Shown piece after piece: positions 35,736 through 51,299 of a stretch of 64,000 nt of DNA. This DNA is from the human T2T-CHM13v2.0 reference genome, Homo sapiens. The position numbers and the translations under genes are program-made. The stretch lies in the NCBI RefSeq assembly GCF_009914755.1, contig NC_060932.1; one strand, 5' to 3'. Numbering within the stretch: position 1 is the stretch's first letter; each line of letters begins with the position of its first letter. The notes beneath the pieces were generated by a model. It was given only the letters and a program-made list of their open reading frames with translations. It was not told the DNA's origin and did no database searches.

Positions 35736-36789
35736 AACCCTCAATACTAAAAGGCTTTGAACAGAAAAATAACAGTCCTTGCCCACCCTTTTCCACCCAT
35801 ATCCCAGTCCTGCCCTTGAGAGGCAGCCTCTTTGAACTGTTTTAGGTGTTCCTCTGGTATGCAGGCCACATTCTAACTAACAGGTTTACTCTGTTGGTTA
35901 TAGATTAATCAGTTTAGCACTTTAGGCCGTTTCTGTTTATTCTTTCCTATTAGGGTAATTGATAATTCATTTCTCTTACCCTGCCACTTTTACTTCTCCT
36001 CCTGATACAGTTTTTGATTAAATGAGTAGTCAGTGATAATATTACTAGAAATATTAAATATTGTACACTGCTGAGTCAGGTAGTATACTTTGATTACATT
36101 TATTTTTTTAATACCCTCCCAACAATTAACACAGTAGTTGTATTTTCGTTTGTTTTTTATGTAACAATGTCTGACTATTTTTAGATATCCTAACAGACTT
36201 GTCATACACCTAGCAGCAATTTTCCTAGTGCTCAAAATAACATATACTCTGTCAATCTCAATCCCCGCTCCTTTCCCTTGGAGACCTTTCTTCTTCAGCC
36301 ATCTGCCCTTCTGTCAAATGTGTTCTGATTACTTCTGGACTAGATTTGTAGTTGTCACATGGAGAATTTCTCTTGTCATTCTTCAGTGTTGAATCAGCTA
36401 ATTCCTGGGTCCCATATTATTTTCCTTCCTTGTTTATTCATATATTCCTTCAATTTGTTTCAGGAATATTACATCTTCTAGTTGCTTCCTAAACAGGGAT
36501 ACTTGAAAGTTTAAATTTTGTATTCCTTACAGTGCCAAAAATGTCAGTAGTCTACTCTCTAAATGTTTGGGTGGATCTAGAATTCTAGGTTGAAATGCAT
36601 TTTTCTTTAGAATTTTATAGTCATTTTTTCATTTTCTTCTAGCTTCTGATATTGTCAAATATTCACAGTTTAATTTAGTTACATGTATTCTGTTTTTTTC
36701 CCCCCTCTGGAAACATTTATGACCTTCTCTTTGTCTTGATGCTCTGAAATGTTTTATTGATATGCTTTGTCAGTGTTCATTTATTGTTT

Positions 36790-38330
36790 TGGAGAATCAT
36801 GCATTTATTCTGTAAATATAGAGAAATGGCCATGTAGCAGACACTGCTTTAGGCACTGGAGATAGAGCAGTGAACAGAATAGACAAAATCCTTTCCCTCT
36901 TTGAATTTACACTCTAGTGGTAAAGGCAAAAATTAAATAAACTAGTACATAATGAAATGCCAGATAGTAATAAGGATTTAAGAGAAATGCAAACCATGGT
37001 AATGGGAAAGATAAGAGCAGGATAATTTTAGATAGGATGGGCAGGAATGCCTCTTTGAGGTGAATTGAGTGGAGACTCAAATGAGGGCACAAGACTCACT
37101 ATCTGGGTGAAGAGGTGAGGGGAACAGCAAGTGCAAAGACTCTGAGACAGAAATACACATGGAACTATAAGAAGTAGAAGTCCAGTTTAGTGGCAATGGA
37201 GTAAATAAGAGACAAAGTGGTCAGAAATGAAACTGGAGACATAGCGGGGAACACGGAAATTTAAAGGCTCATGGGAATTGGAAAAGACTTTGGAATTTAT
37301 TTTATTGGAGTCTTTGAACAAGGATAAACTTACGTTTTAAAGAATCGCATTGGTTGGAAAATTGACTGTAAGATTAGCAAGTGTGGGAAGTAGTGAGACC
37401 TGTTAGGAGGCCATTTTAGTAGTTGAGGTGAAAGATAATAGTGGCTTAGACTGGGTGGTAATAGTGAGAAATGGTCAGATTTGGAATATACTTTAAAGGG
37501 AGAGCCAACAGGATTTGCTGATGGGTTGGAGATGGAGTGAAAGAAGAGAGGAGTAAAGAATAAGTTGTAAGACCAGCCTGGCCAACATGGTGAAACTTCG
37601 TCTCTACTAAAAATACAAAAATTAGCCGGGCGTAGTGGCATGCGCCTATAGTCCTAGCTGCTTGGGAGGCTGAGGCAGGAGAATTGCTTGAACCTGGGAG
37701 GCAGAGGTTGTGGTGAGCTGAGATTATGCCACTGCACTCCAGCCTGGGCAACAGAGCAAGACTCTGTCTCAAAAAAAAAAAAAAGAAAGAAAGAAAGAAA
37801 AAAGAATGAGTTGTAAGATTCTTGGCCTGAGCAACTTGGTAAATGGTGGCATTATTTACTGAGATGGAGAGTACTAAGGGAGTGTTTGGGAGGCAGAGAT
37901 ACGGTGGGATTGAGTTGTATTTTGCATACTTTGGGTTCAAGATGCCCATTAACAGCCAAATGGAGTTGTCCCGGAGCAGATGCTCATTCAAGTCTGTGGT
38001 TCACAGTAGACATGGGGACTGGATGAGTTTCCCTTGAGAGTCAGTAGAGATAGAGAAGAGGTCTTGGGGACTGAGCTCTGGAGCATTTCAATGATCATAA
38101 TTGGGAAATGGAAGAGGACTAGAAAAGGAACAGCCAGTGAGACAGCCAGAAATCCAAGAGAATTCGTGTCCTAGAAGACAAGTGCAAAAGGGGCCTCAAG
38201 AGGAAGCTAGGAGTCACTGTGTCGATTGCTGTTAAGAGCTGAGTAGAAGGGATGTTCAGAATTTACCATCAGATTTGACAATGTGGAGTTTGTTGGTGAC
38301 TCTGGCAAGTGATTTCACTGGAATAATCCA
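36790..38330 (-). mobile_element. L2 LINE remnant interrupted by an Alu
   Basis: taggcactggagatagagcagtgaacag; ggatttgctgatgggttgga; ttggcctgagcaact; atttactgagatgg. Confidence 0.8.
37569..37800 (+). mobile_element. 5'-truncated Alu (S-type)
   Basis: Starts at agaccagcctgg; TSD aaagaatRagttgtaaga at 37555 and 37801. Confidence 0.93.
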
Positions 38331-38528
38331 TGTCTTCTTGAAAAATATATGATTGAATAAAATAGTAGTATCCCATTGTGTATGAAGAGTTCATAAGTCT
38401 GATAGAGGGAGATTTAAAGATTCTTTTGCAGTATAAGTGAAAAAGCATATACTTTAAACAGTAAATATATTAATTTTATTCATTTGTTATTAAAATGTTT
38501 TCTAACTGTATCTTGATGTCTTTAATAG

Positions 38529-38725
38529 CATTTTCTTCCTCTCGCAAATCTGGAATGTTCACCAAACATTGAAACTTTCCTCTGCAAAGCATTTGTACCA
38601 ACCTGCATAGAACAAATTCATGTGGTTCCACCTTGTCGTAAACTTTGTGAGAAAGTATATTCTGATTGCAAAAAATTAATTGACACTTTTGGGATCCGAT
38701 GGCCTGAGGAGCTTGAATGTGACAG
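38529..38725 (+). CDS. FZD6: FZD6 exon 3 (aa 60-125): Frizzled CRD
   Basis: aatag|CATTTT...GACAG|gtaaac; [26 protein letters not shown]...WPEELECD; 197 nt, ends in phase 2; not in the ORF track, read manually. Confidence 0.98.
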
Positions 38726-41700
38726 GTAAACAATGTTTTTCATGGAAAGCTACTAATGGTATTTTACTACTGGTACTAGCTCTCTGGGATGTTAGTGACA
38801 AGCTTTCATTATTTAATTCCATAAATGTTTATTACACACTTAATATATGTCAGGCACTATGGTGCTAAGTGCTGTGGACACAAAGGTGGGCAAAAAACAG
38901 ACTTGGTTCTTGCTCTCAGGGAACTTACAGTGAGGTGAGAGGGACAGACAGTAATCAAATAATTATGCAAATAAGTGCAAAATTATGACTGTGATAGATA
39001 CAACAAAGGAAAGGTAGATAATTCTATGAGAATATATAATGATACCTTTGACCTAAACTGGGGAAAGGGGAAAGAAATGACTGTTGAGCTAAAGTACGAA
39101 GGGTAAGGGTAAGACAGAGGTAACTAGGCAATGAGAGGAGGGAAGAGCATTTCGGGCAGTGGGAATAGCTTATTTAGAGACCCTGCAGGGCCCCTGAACA
39201 GGGAGTGAGGGAGCATGGCATATACAGGGAATTCAAAAGCTAGTATAGCTGGAGTGATGAGAGTGAGAAAGAATATGGTGCAAGATAAGGAAAGAGAGAG
39301 AAGCAGCAGTCAGACCACCCAGGGCCCATCTTTCATATTTTTATGCTGAAAGCAGTGAGGTCTTTAATATTTTAAGACAGGAATGGGTAGCACAATCCTG
39401 TGAGCTTCTGTGTAGAGCATGGCACCTGTGTCAGTCTCCTGAGGGTTGGGCAGCACTCTGGCAGTTTCTGTTAGGAATCCAGGACACTTCCATCCTCCAA
39501 CTCTGTCAGCCAGGTGGATGGGAGAGAGAAGGTAGAGAACTCACGCCTTTTCTTGAGTGCCTCAGATGGGAAGTGTTATACCTTTTCCACATGCATTCCT
39601 GTTGGCAAGATGTCAGTCATGTGGTTATAACTGAAACAAATAGGGAAAATAGTAAATGTGTGTCCTGAAGGAAAAAAGCATTCAAGGCAGAGGACATGTC
39701 AGGTGCTGCCAGTCAAAAAGAACATTACCTTATGCTATTTCACTAGAGTGACTGGGGCAAAGGACAGATCACAGTAGGTGAAGGAGTGAAGAGGAAGTAA
39801 AGCCAGAAACAGAGTTCTTAGGGAAGCTGGCTATAAAAGAGGAAAGTTTATGAGTTTAATGGGAAAGAACTATTTTAAGAACTACTAGGAAAAAGGAAGA
39901 GGCAAGCATACATGGGGTAGAAGAGGTCATCAATAGTAGTTTTCTAAGAAGGAGATAGGATCCCAAGCATAGATGACATTTTGGCCATGGATGGGAGGAA
40001 CATCTGTTGTAACAGTAGGAAAGGATAGGATGGCTGTGGATATAGGTAGGTTTGTGTGTTTGGTAAGAGTTGTTGCAATAATTTCTTTCTGATGGTTTCT
40101 ATTTCCATTGTGACATAGTAAGAGTCAAGGAGGTCCTCTGTTGTGAGTCTGGGAAAGAAGGATATGTGTTCGAGAGAAGTGGTCATCATGGAGCATGGGA
40201 GAATGAGTCAATTAGAGAGGCTTCGTAACATTTTAGGTAAATCAGGCGATCCTGAATGTGTGGATCTCATCTGGCCTGTTGAGAACTTCTCCAGCTGTGG
40301 TGGGATGCTTGGGGCTAAGCACAGAGAAGGCAGATAGTTGTGCTCATCTGTGGTTGGGGTTTTGTCAGATGGATTCAGTGCAAAGATAAAGGTGCACTAA
40401 AAAATGAAGGATAATGAGAAGGGTGTTACTGAAACAATAGCCTATGAAAGTCTAAATAGATGGGGAGCGAAATGAAGAGAGAAATGAACTAATGTATGGA
40501 GACAAGCTGGAGGAGATCTATCCCAATGAGGTTTTTTTTTAAAGGCATAATGAGGATTTTTTAAAAAATGAATTGCAAGGATAGGAGCTTGCAGACGAAG
40601 GGCAGGATGCTTGAGTTGATTTTTGGAGATAGTGTGTACTTGCAGGTTGTGGCAGGGTTCCTTGTGTGACTTTGATTACAGGTGGCCACTGCGGGTTAGG
40701 GATAGTCATTGGAGATGAGGAGGCTAAAGAGCCGAGAAGCCAGAGTGTGGATAGCTTATTCTTGGTCAAGTCACCAAGGATGATGACAGCAAAAGGAAAG
40801 GAGACAAAACTGATGATTCATTCAACTCATATTTCTTGTACTCTTACTGTGTGCCAGGACTGTTCTAGGCACTAGAGTTACAACAGGCAAAAATTCCTGC
40901 CATCATGGACCTTACATTTTAGTGGAGGGAAGGAGAAGATTCAGTAAATAAGTTATATTTATATGAGAAGACGGTGAGGCCTGTGGAGAAAATACTTGCT
41001 CTTTCATTATGAGATTGCCTACTCAGTTTCAAAGCAGGGGAGGTTATAACTTAAAAAAATTTACACTGGCACCTATGCTTAATTTCTAACTCTGTTGGAG
41101 TTTTGGTCTTCGTAACTTGATTTTTGGAGAAACGGAATTAATCTAAATCAAATTTATTCGTGTTTGAGAATGCTTGATACATTGAATTGGGAAGTAGAAT
41201 TCATTTTTTAAAATTATTTAAGCCCTATATTAAACCATGTCCCATTAATATAAAGCAAACCCATTAACATCCTTTTATACAATGTTAGTTGGGTCAGCTG
41301 CACATAAAAATAATTCTAGTATGGCCTATACTGGAGAATATTTTTTCATTTCTATAAATAAGACCTTCAGGCTTTTGTGGCATCTTATTTACTTTGAAAA
41401 CACACACAAAGAAAGAGGGGAACCTCTGATTAAAACACAAAATCTAGCTCATTGAAAGATTTCTAGCATAATGAAAGATTTAACATAACTGTGGTAAAAA
41501 CATGAAGGCTGCATCTATTATTTGAGAAACGGCAGAACTGTGTGGTTATGGCATGCATTAGGCTCTTGGTTCCCCAGGAGAATGCCTTTGCCTTGGAAGA
41601 AAAAGGTGCATTCATTCTTTGAGGTCTGTAGTTTCCTCAGCTCATCAGAGCACAGGCACATTCTTTTCTACGTGAAGAGTTTTGTAAACTGAACTTTGTT

Positions 41701-42204
41701 TTCAGTTCCGGCTCCAGCCATCCTCGGGTAGCTTGCCAATAGATGAATCCCACTCGTTTGACCCATGACGCTCCTTCTTTTCATTTCTCCCTCTTTCCCC
41801 ACAGCAGTGCATGTCCACCATACCACCTGAGAGTCTGTGGAATCTAATTTTCTGTTATACTTCTTTCCTTACACTCATTTTCCTGTCTTTATTATGATAG
41901 TCTAACTTTTTCTCCTCAAAGGTATAGCTGCCTTGCTTTCATGAAAACACACTTTCCTATTGTGATTTATCAGAGGCCTTTCCATATCTCAGCCACTATG
42001 CTATGACAGATTTTATAATTAATAAGTGCATTTCAAAGTGAAAACGTTACAAACATGCTTAACAGATGTTTTTATAACATGAAATATTCTACTGCGTTAA
42101 GATCAAAATGCTGACTATACTTGTTCCGTATACCTTCAGACCACTGTTAATGTAATATTTTGGCAAGGTGAATGGTCTTTTTTGGATATAAAAATCTCAG
42201 CATA

Positions 42205-42330
42205 AGCCAGGCATGGTGGTACACAGCTGTATTCTCAGCTATTTAAGAGGATTGCTTGAGTCCAGGAAATCAAGACCAGCCTGGGTAACATAGTGACACC
42301 CAGTCTCCATTAAAAAAAAAAAAAAAAAAA
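42205..42330 (+). mobile_element. Free left Alu monomer (FLAM-like)
   Basis: Single monomer with A tail; flanks aatctcag. Confidence 0.8.
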
Positions 42331-43374
42331 GAATCTCAGGCATATACAGGCATATATTTAAAAGAAATATTCTATCTGGACCTTTCCGTGATAGTGAATA
42401 AACTTGATGAATACTGACTGACTTGATCATTTGCAATTAGAGTTCATGTGGAGAAAGTAAGATTTTAAGCACAATTAACTTATGAATGAATGTATCCATT
42501 CACTGACCTTTTCCACATTAGTCTTGATTAATTTTTTTTTCCTATTCTCTAGACAGTGGAGGCTGCTAATTTATTCTACTGATACAGTGAGACCTCATAT
42601 AATAAATTGGGGAAAGAAACTGGTTAGCTTTTTGTTTTATATTTAGGCTGAAGAAACTATAGAACCTATGTGGAACTTACACACTTCTGGTAGATACATA
42701 ATCATTTTCAAGAACAATTGAGTAACATATAGTAAAATGGCAGATGCTTAACCCTGCATCCTAGGAAATCCCCTCCCATAGAAACTCTTACACAGAGAGT
42801 CGTGCACAAGAATATTGATTGTAGATTATTCCTAATTCTTTTAATGGGAAAAAATCTAAAAGTCCATCATAGAAGAATGATTAGTAAATTGTGATGTACT
42901 TACACACTGGAATACTACCATACAGTTGATAAAATGAATGTAGTTGACCCACATCTGTCGACATGGATAAATCTAGAAAATATAGTGTTAAATTTTAAAA
43001 TGTAAGTTATAGCATGCTATATACAGCATGGTGTCATTTATATAAAGTTCAAAACCTGAAAAACAATACTTTATAAGGTTATAGTTAGTAAATAATGTAA
43101 TAAAAATATTTTAAAATGCTTGAGAGTAAACACCGAATTTGTGGTAATGAATACTTCTGAGGAGAGAGAGAAGGAACTAAGACCAGAAAGGGTCCCCACT
43201 GTATCTATAATGTTATATTGCTTTATTTTAAAAGATATAAAGCAAAATTGACATAATATTATGTTTTAATAAAGCTGGTAGATTTTTTTTTGTATTTCAT
43301 TTTATGGGCATATGTTTTAGTCTGTTCTTATCTAAGGTATATTTAAAATGCTTTCTCATTTAAAACCTCCAGTA

Positions 43375-43699
<325 letters not shown>

Positions 43700-44421
43700 T
43701 AGATCCCCCAAAATAATACTGGTATGTACAAACTCAACTTAGTGATAAAGAGATGGAAATATCTCCATCTATCACTCAGGACTGTCCATAAACAAGGGAG
43801 GCAAAGAGCCCAACCTGAACAAAATGGTGATGTTCATTAAGCTGGTCCTCAGCCTGCCTCTTGCTGGTATACTTGCCTTTCTTTAAAAACTTGAACTCTA
43901 TCCTGTCAATCCAGGGAAGGATCTCATTTCATTCATTTTAATTATCATCACTTTAGTTATATGGTTGCTTTACTTTTCTTATGGACATTAGAAAATAAAA
44001 GTGAATAGACAAGATATATTTCATATGATATAAAGACATATTTCATATGCTATAAAGAGACAAGCCAGTACTTATCTGGAGCCTACCAATTAAGATAAAT
44101 TCTTTTAAATATTTAGTCTTAAAAACAGAAATTATTTTAAAATTATGAATTGGCTAATTTTTTCCAAGTAAGTGCATTTTCATGTTCACCTGCTTTGTAT
44201 TTAATATAAATTATTGTGTTGAGGCCCCATTAACAGCCACAAGTTTTTAGTCAACTTCAAAAATTTCTACTCAACTCTTATCTGTAATCCATTTAGATTT
44301 GTATCTCTTCCCATCAATCATGAATACATAAGGTAATATTTTATAGTTGGAAAGCATTGCTTAATATATTGAATCAATAAAAATATTGATTTCATATATT
44401 TAATTTTTATAATCTTTACAG

Positions 44422-45439
44422 ATTACAATACTGTGATGAGACTGTTCCTGTAACTTTTGATCCACACACAGAATTTCTTGGTCCTCAGAAGAAAACAGAA
44501 CAAGTCCAAAGAGACATTGGATTTTGGTGTCCAAGGCATCTTAAGACTTCTGGGGGACAAGGATATAAGTTTCTGGGAATTGACCAGTGTGCGCCTCCAT
44601 GCCCCAACATGTATTTTAAAAGTGATGAGCTAGAGTTTGCAAAAAGTTTTATTGGAACAGTTTCAATATTTTGTCTTTGTGCAACTCTGTTCACATTCCT
44701 TACTTTTTTAATTGATGTTAGAAGATTCAGATACCCAGAGAGACCAATTATATATTACTCTGTCTGTTACAGCATTGTATCTCTTATGTACTTCATTGGA
44801 TTTTTGCTAGGCGATAGCACAGCCTGCAATAAGGCAGATGAGAAGCTAGAACTTGGTGACACTGTTGTCCTAGGCTCTCAAAATAAGGCTTGCACCGTTT
44901 TGTTCATGCTTTTGTATTTTTTCACAATGGCTGGCACTGTGTGGTGGGTGATTCTTACCATTACTTGGTTCTTAGCTGCAGGAAGAAAATGGAGTTGTGA
45001 AGCCATCGAGCAAAAAGCAGTGTGGTTTCATGCTGTTGCATGGGGAACACCAGGTTTCCTGACTGTTATGCTTCTTGCTATGAACAAAGTTGAAGGAGAC
45101 AACATTAGTGGAGTTTGCTTTGTTGGCCTTTATGACCTGGATGCTTCTCGCTACTTTGTACTCTTGCCACTGTGCCTTTGTGTGTTTGTTGGGCTCTCTC
45201 TTCTTTTAGCTGGCATTATTTCCTTAAATCATGTTCGACAAGTCATACAACATGATGGCCGGAACCAAGAAAAACTAAAGAAATTTATGATTCGAATTGG
45301 AGTCTTCAGCGGCTTGTATCTTGTGCCATTAGTGACACTTCTCGGATGTTACGTCTATGAGCAAGTGAACAGGATTACCTGGGAGATAACTTGGGTCTCT
45401 GATCATTGTCGTCAGTACCATATCCCATGTCCTTATCAG
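44422..45439 (+). CDS. FZD6: FZD6 exon 4 (aa 125-464): linker and TM1-TM6
   Basis: tttacag|ATTACAA...TATCAG|gtaaaa; includes ORF 44609 with [24 protein letters not shown] and [13 protein letters not shown] Frizzled motifs; 1018 nt. Confidence 0.99.
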
Positions 45440-47252
45440 GTAAAAGCTATCACTTGGATTATGTCTCTATTTACATTTAATGTAGAAAATGTTTCATGGA
45501 AATATACTTGTCATGGATGTAAAAGTTGATTTCAGGTGAGAAAATACAAGAGCCATAGGTAAGGATTTCCTATACATCAACTGAAACTGGGATGAATGTT
45601 TCATGACTTCCTTCCTCAAGCTTTAGCTTCAGTTGTATAGTAAAGCACTTCCTTTATTCTCTGAAAAATTAAATTGAGCTGCAAAGGCAGATTAATAGCA
45701 ATAAAGAGCAGAGTCAGAAGAACAGACCTTGACATTGGGAGAAAAACAGAAGTCACTTTTGTCGCATTGGCAATTATTTTTAATTTTTTAGTTAGTAGTA
45801 AAAAATCTTATTTGGATATATTTAATTTGATCATATTATCTTATAGCTTTTTACATAGTATATACTTACAAAAACAGAATTTGCTTTTTGCCTGACTCAT
45901 CTGTCATTTCTCAATTGAAAAAAACACAGTTGTAACAAAATATGCTTTATCTATTTCTGATTCTTATGATTAGTATAAGGGTGGTGTTTTTAAAATTAAT
46001 AAAAGTAAATTTCTGAAAATATAAAATTTCTTAAAGCATTTTAGTTGAAGTTTTGTAAATAGAAATTTGGTTTTGTTTTAGTAGATTTTAGACATTATTC
46101 CTGACTCTGTGCGGTATTAACTGCATTGAACATGAGCACTGCCATCACAGTGTATCAAATTAAGCAATGGGAATGTCAAACTATTTCATATAATAGCTTA
46201 TATTTCAGAAAGTTACTGCTTTATAACATTGTGGAATCTATTTTTTATGTTGGTATGTGGGGATACTAGTTTTACTTGCCTTATACGTTGTCCATAATCT
46301 ATTATCCATAGTTTGTTTTTACTATATACTTAATAAGAGGCTGTGTCTTAAAGTGATCCTGCTATATTAATAATGACTCCTAGTTTCCTCAGTCTTTTTG
46401 GCAAGGTTGGGGAGAGGAAACTATTACATATTATTAAAAAGTTTAAGATCTATGGTTTTCAAGTTTAAGATCTGTAGTTATTATGTTTTATGTAAGAAAC
46501 TGTAAAATATAATAGAATTAGAAAATTATAATCTTCAAGTGGAGAAGGATATAATATTCCTGTAGTTGTAGAAATTATAAAAGATTGCTAAATTTGACTA
46601 AGTAAAAAAAAATTTTTTTAAAGATTCTGCGTGACAAAAAAAAAAAACAAACAATCCATAATCAATGTCAAAAGACTAACTGGGAAAGTTTATTTGCATA
46701 TGACATCATAGCTGAAAGGCTAATTTCTCTAATTTATAAAGAGTTGCTACAGATCAATAAGAAAAAAACCATCCATCTGATATAAAAATGAGAAAAGAGT
46801 AGGAAAAAGGTTCACAGGAAATAAAAATGAAAAAACTATTCTTAAACATGTGAAAAAGTTATAGTAAAATAAATGTAAAATTAAAATTAAATTATATTTC
46901 CATGTATGATACGGCAAACATCTTAAAGGTGTTCTAACCACTGTGTGGTGAAACAATAAATAGCAAAATACATATTTTCAGACTTTGCTATTAAGAGTTA
47001 GTTCAACCTTCTGTTGAAGCAATTTCGCAGTATGTACAGATGTATAATGTGTGTACACTGATACTGCCCTTCTGGGAATTTATAGACAGATTTGCTTACA
47101 AATATGAGAAATTAAATAATACCAAGATAGTCACTACAACATTATTTGCAAATGACAATAGATTGGAAGTAAGTATCTATTAACAGGGATAGTAGAATAA
47201 GTTATGGTTCACTCACACAATGCAACAGCCTTTACAAAGAATAAAGAGCTCT

Positions 47253-47687
<435 letters not shown>

Positions 47688-48207
47688 TCAAAGTTTATGC
47701 CTGAATAAAAAGTATAATTTCAATTCTTAGGAAATTTTCGCATTTTACTGATACTTAATTTACTTTAACCAAGTTTTTATAATATAAATATTAATAATGT
47801 ATAAAAGCTGTAAAATATTTGTTATGATGAGTTTAAATGTATTTTTGTGGTAGATTATAGTGGGGGAAAATAGGTACATATTTAGAGGCAAATATTCTGG
47901 CAATTATAAGAGGCTACTGTATCTATCGAGAAAAAAATGCGAGGAAATCATGCCAAGATTTAGGAGATTATTCTTAAATATATTTCAGTATTTTCCCCTT
48001 TCTAGAGATTTGGTACATAAAGTTTCTTTGTTCAGCATTTAGATAAAAAATGTGTTGCACTTAGAGCATGCTTCATTATATTATTTCAAACCTTTTTAGT
48101 AAAACAGTTGAAGATTTATAACTTTTGTTCGTTTTATATTGACAATATAGACTTCTTTCCACTTTAAGTGCATCACTGAAAATATTATTATTCACTATTT
48201 TTTGTAG

Positions 48208-48356
48208 GCAAAAGCAAAAGCTCGACCAGAATTGGCTTTATTTATGATAAAATACCTGATGACATTAATTGTTGGCATCTCTGCTGTCTTCTGGGTTGGA
48301 AGCAAAAAGACATGCACAGAATGGGCTGGGTTTTTTAAACGAAATCGCAAGAGAGA
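48208..48356 (+). CDS. FZD6: FZD6 exon 5: TM7 and the Dishevelled-binding KTxxxW motif
   Basis: ttgtag|GCAAAA...AGAGA|gtaaga; [39 protein letters not shown] (KTCTEW at 48307-48324); 149 nt. Confidence 0.98.
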
Positions 48357-48949
48357 GTAAGAAACTATTGAATTGTCTGACACAATTTTTAAATAAATAG
48401 ATCAAAATACCAAGGAACTGTTCAAATCAACGTACTAGAGTTTCATTATATCAACTATTATTTCAATTTGATTTGCCAACTGAAGTTTGGAAATTTTTTT
48501 TATGAAAGAGACGTGCTTTATTTTTGCATTTGTTACAATAGTCTTTGACATATACTATTTATCATATAGTATATGTCTGTGACATATACTATTCTATTTG
48601 AAATATGAATGAATGATTTATGAAAGGCATATTTTCTTTTCATGATTTATAGTATATCCAGTATTATTACTGCTGTCATTGGATTCATTATTTTGGGTAC
48701 AGCATTTTAAATAATTTTATCCTTTTTATCAAGGATAAAAGATTAAGACTTAAGTATATATAAAGAAACCTATAAAGTATGATTCAAATATAAGTGATGT
48801 GTTATGGTCATTATTTACTAACTTTAAATCTTATTACACACAGCTATGACCTAAACTTTCACTTATTTGTCTTACTTAAGATGTTAAAATTCAAACTTAT
48901 GGAATATTCTATAACAAAATTGATTTATATTTATGAGTAATTCATTTTA

Positions 48950-48953
<4 letters not shown>

Positions 48954-48988
<35 letters not shown>
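48954..48988 (+). repeat. (TA)n microsatellite
   Basis: Direct reading. Confidence 0.95.
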
Positions 48989-48995
<7 letters not shown>

Positions 48996-49613
48996 CACTA
49001 TATACAAGGTACTATAGCTTTTTAAAAATTGTTCCCCATTGGTTTGCTTAACTCATTTCAGAACTGTAGACCATTTCACAAATAAGTTTCTGAAGTCTGA
49101 AGAATCGTATTCAACTGGATTTTTTTGCACTATTATTATATGTCTATCTCATATTTATATACTCACACTAATTTCAGTGTAACTTGCTAATTTTTAACGT
49201 TAGAAAGAAAAGACTTATATTTAAATGAAGACCGTTAATTATATTCTCTATCCTTTTCTTCTGGTTTACTTTTATATTACATATTTATATATTATACAAA
49301 TACAGTATTATGTATAGTACGTTTATGCTGTTTTGAGCCTCCTTGCCCTCATCCTTTGATTCTTGCCTTTTTAATTTCTTGCCAGTTTACTATTTATACT
49401 GACAAAAGCAACTTAGAGTGTATACACAAAAGATTTTATAAAATCAGTTTATGTCCTAGTATTTATAATCCCAGATTTTATAATATAAACCATAGAATTT
49501 TCAACTTTAGTGACTAAGGATTTTTGGCAAAAGATATGTGATATCCTTTATATCCTCTACTTTATAGCCACACTTCTAATTTGAGTAAATCCTCTCCTTC
49601 AATTTTCTTATAG

Positions 49614-50024
49614 TCCAATCAGTGAAAGTCGAAGAGTACTACAGGAATCATGTGAGTTTTTCTTAAAGCACAATTCTAAAGTTAAACACAAAAAGAAGCA
49701 CTATAAACCAAGTTCACACAAGCTGAAGGTCATTTCCAAATCCATGGGAACCAGCACAGGAGCTACAGCAAATCATGGCACTTCTGCAGTAGCAATTACT
49801 AGCCATGATTACCTAGGACAAGAAACTTTGACAGAAATCCAAACCTCACCAGAAACATCAATGAGAGAGGTGAAAGCGGACGGAGCTAGCACCCCCAGGT
49901 TAAGAGAACAGGACTGTGGTGAACCTGCCTCGCCAGCAGCATCCATCTCCAGACTCTCTGGGGAACAGGTCGACGGGAAGGGCCAGGCAGGCAGTGTATC
50001 TGAAAGTGCGCGGAGTGAAGGAAG
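49614..50024 (+). CDS. FZD6: FZD6 exon 6: cytoplasmic tail
   Basis: cttatag|TCCAATC...GGAAG|gtgaga; [19 protein letters not shown]...ARSEG; 411 nt. Confidence 0.98.
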
Positions 50025-50854
50025 GTGAGATTTGATTTTATGTAAAATCATCACTATTTTAAATACTGCATTACACATTTTTTATTAAAGCATAACACAT
50101 TTGGAAAGCATTTTGTGATATATTATGTCTGTACTCTTACCCCAAGGAAGTTTGGGTTCAGCCTATAAATATGCTATTTAGTAGTTTAATTCTTAGCTTT
50201 GAGAACAGCTTTAATATAGGTGGTTCAAGTAGGAATGTTCATTTCTGTGGCAATTGTTAAGAGTTCCTTGTACATTTAAGTAAATGCAATTTACCCAAAA
50301 TACAGGCTAAGTTTTAATTAATACTACATTATAATTCTGTCTAAAAAGTGTCACCTTATACAAAATTATAATGTGTCATTTTATCTAAAATTATTTTATT
50401 TTCTGAACATGAAAAGATATTGACATTATCTTTAATGAATTTTCTCAAATGGCCATAGGTGACCAAAACACAGGTAAGCCAGAATGCAGACAGCTAATTG
50501 CATTAAGATCTCAAGGTTATCTTACCTAGTCCTCTCAGACTAGGCTAAATGCACCTTCTCTGTGATCCTATGGCAGCTTTCATATATTTGGATTGTAATT
50601 AGATACATGCTTTATCTTCTCGTAGATTTGTAACCTTCTCAATGGGAGAGCTAAAGTCTTACTCATCTTTATGTTCCCAGTTTCTTACATGGTACTGATC
50701 CATGGTGGGAAATCAATAAAACATTTGTTAAACTGAGGACAGGAATCCTGCCTTATTCTATTCCCCACAAGATTCCATGTTCAGCCCTATATATATAAGT
50801 AGTGCTTGATGAAGTTTCTGAAGTAAGTGAAAATTATATTTTAAACAATTATTT

Positions 50855-51188
<334 letters not shown>

Positions 51189-51299
51189 CTATTTATTCTC
51201 TGATAAAGGTGGACACTGGTTAGGGGTGAAACTCATGAAAAATGGCATCATATTTGTGTTTGTGGATGTGTGTGTGTCAACTTTTTTTCTTTTATCTAG

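Noticed and set aside
45440-45529. 30-codon in-frame extension of exon 4 into intron 4
   Set aside because: Canonical CAG|gtaaaa donor is present; read-through length is consistent with chance
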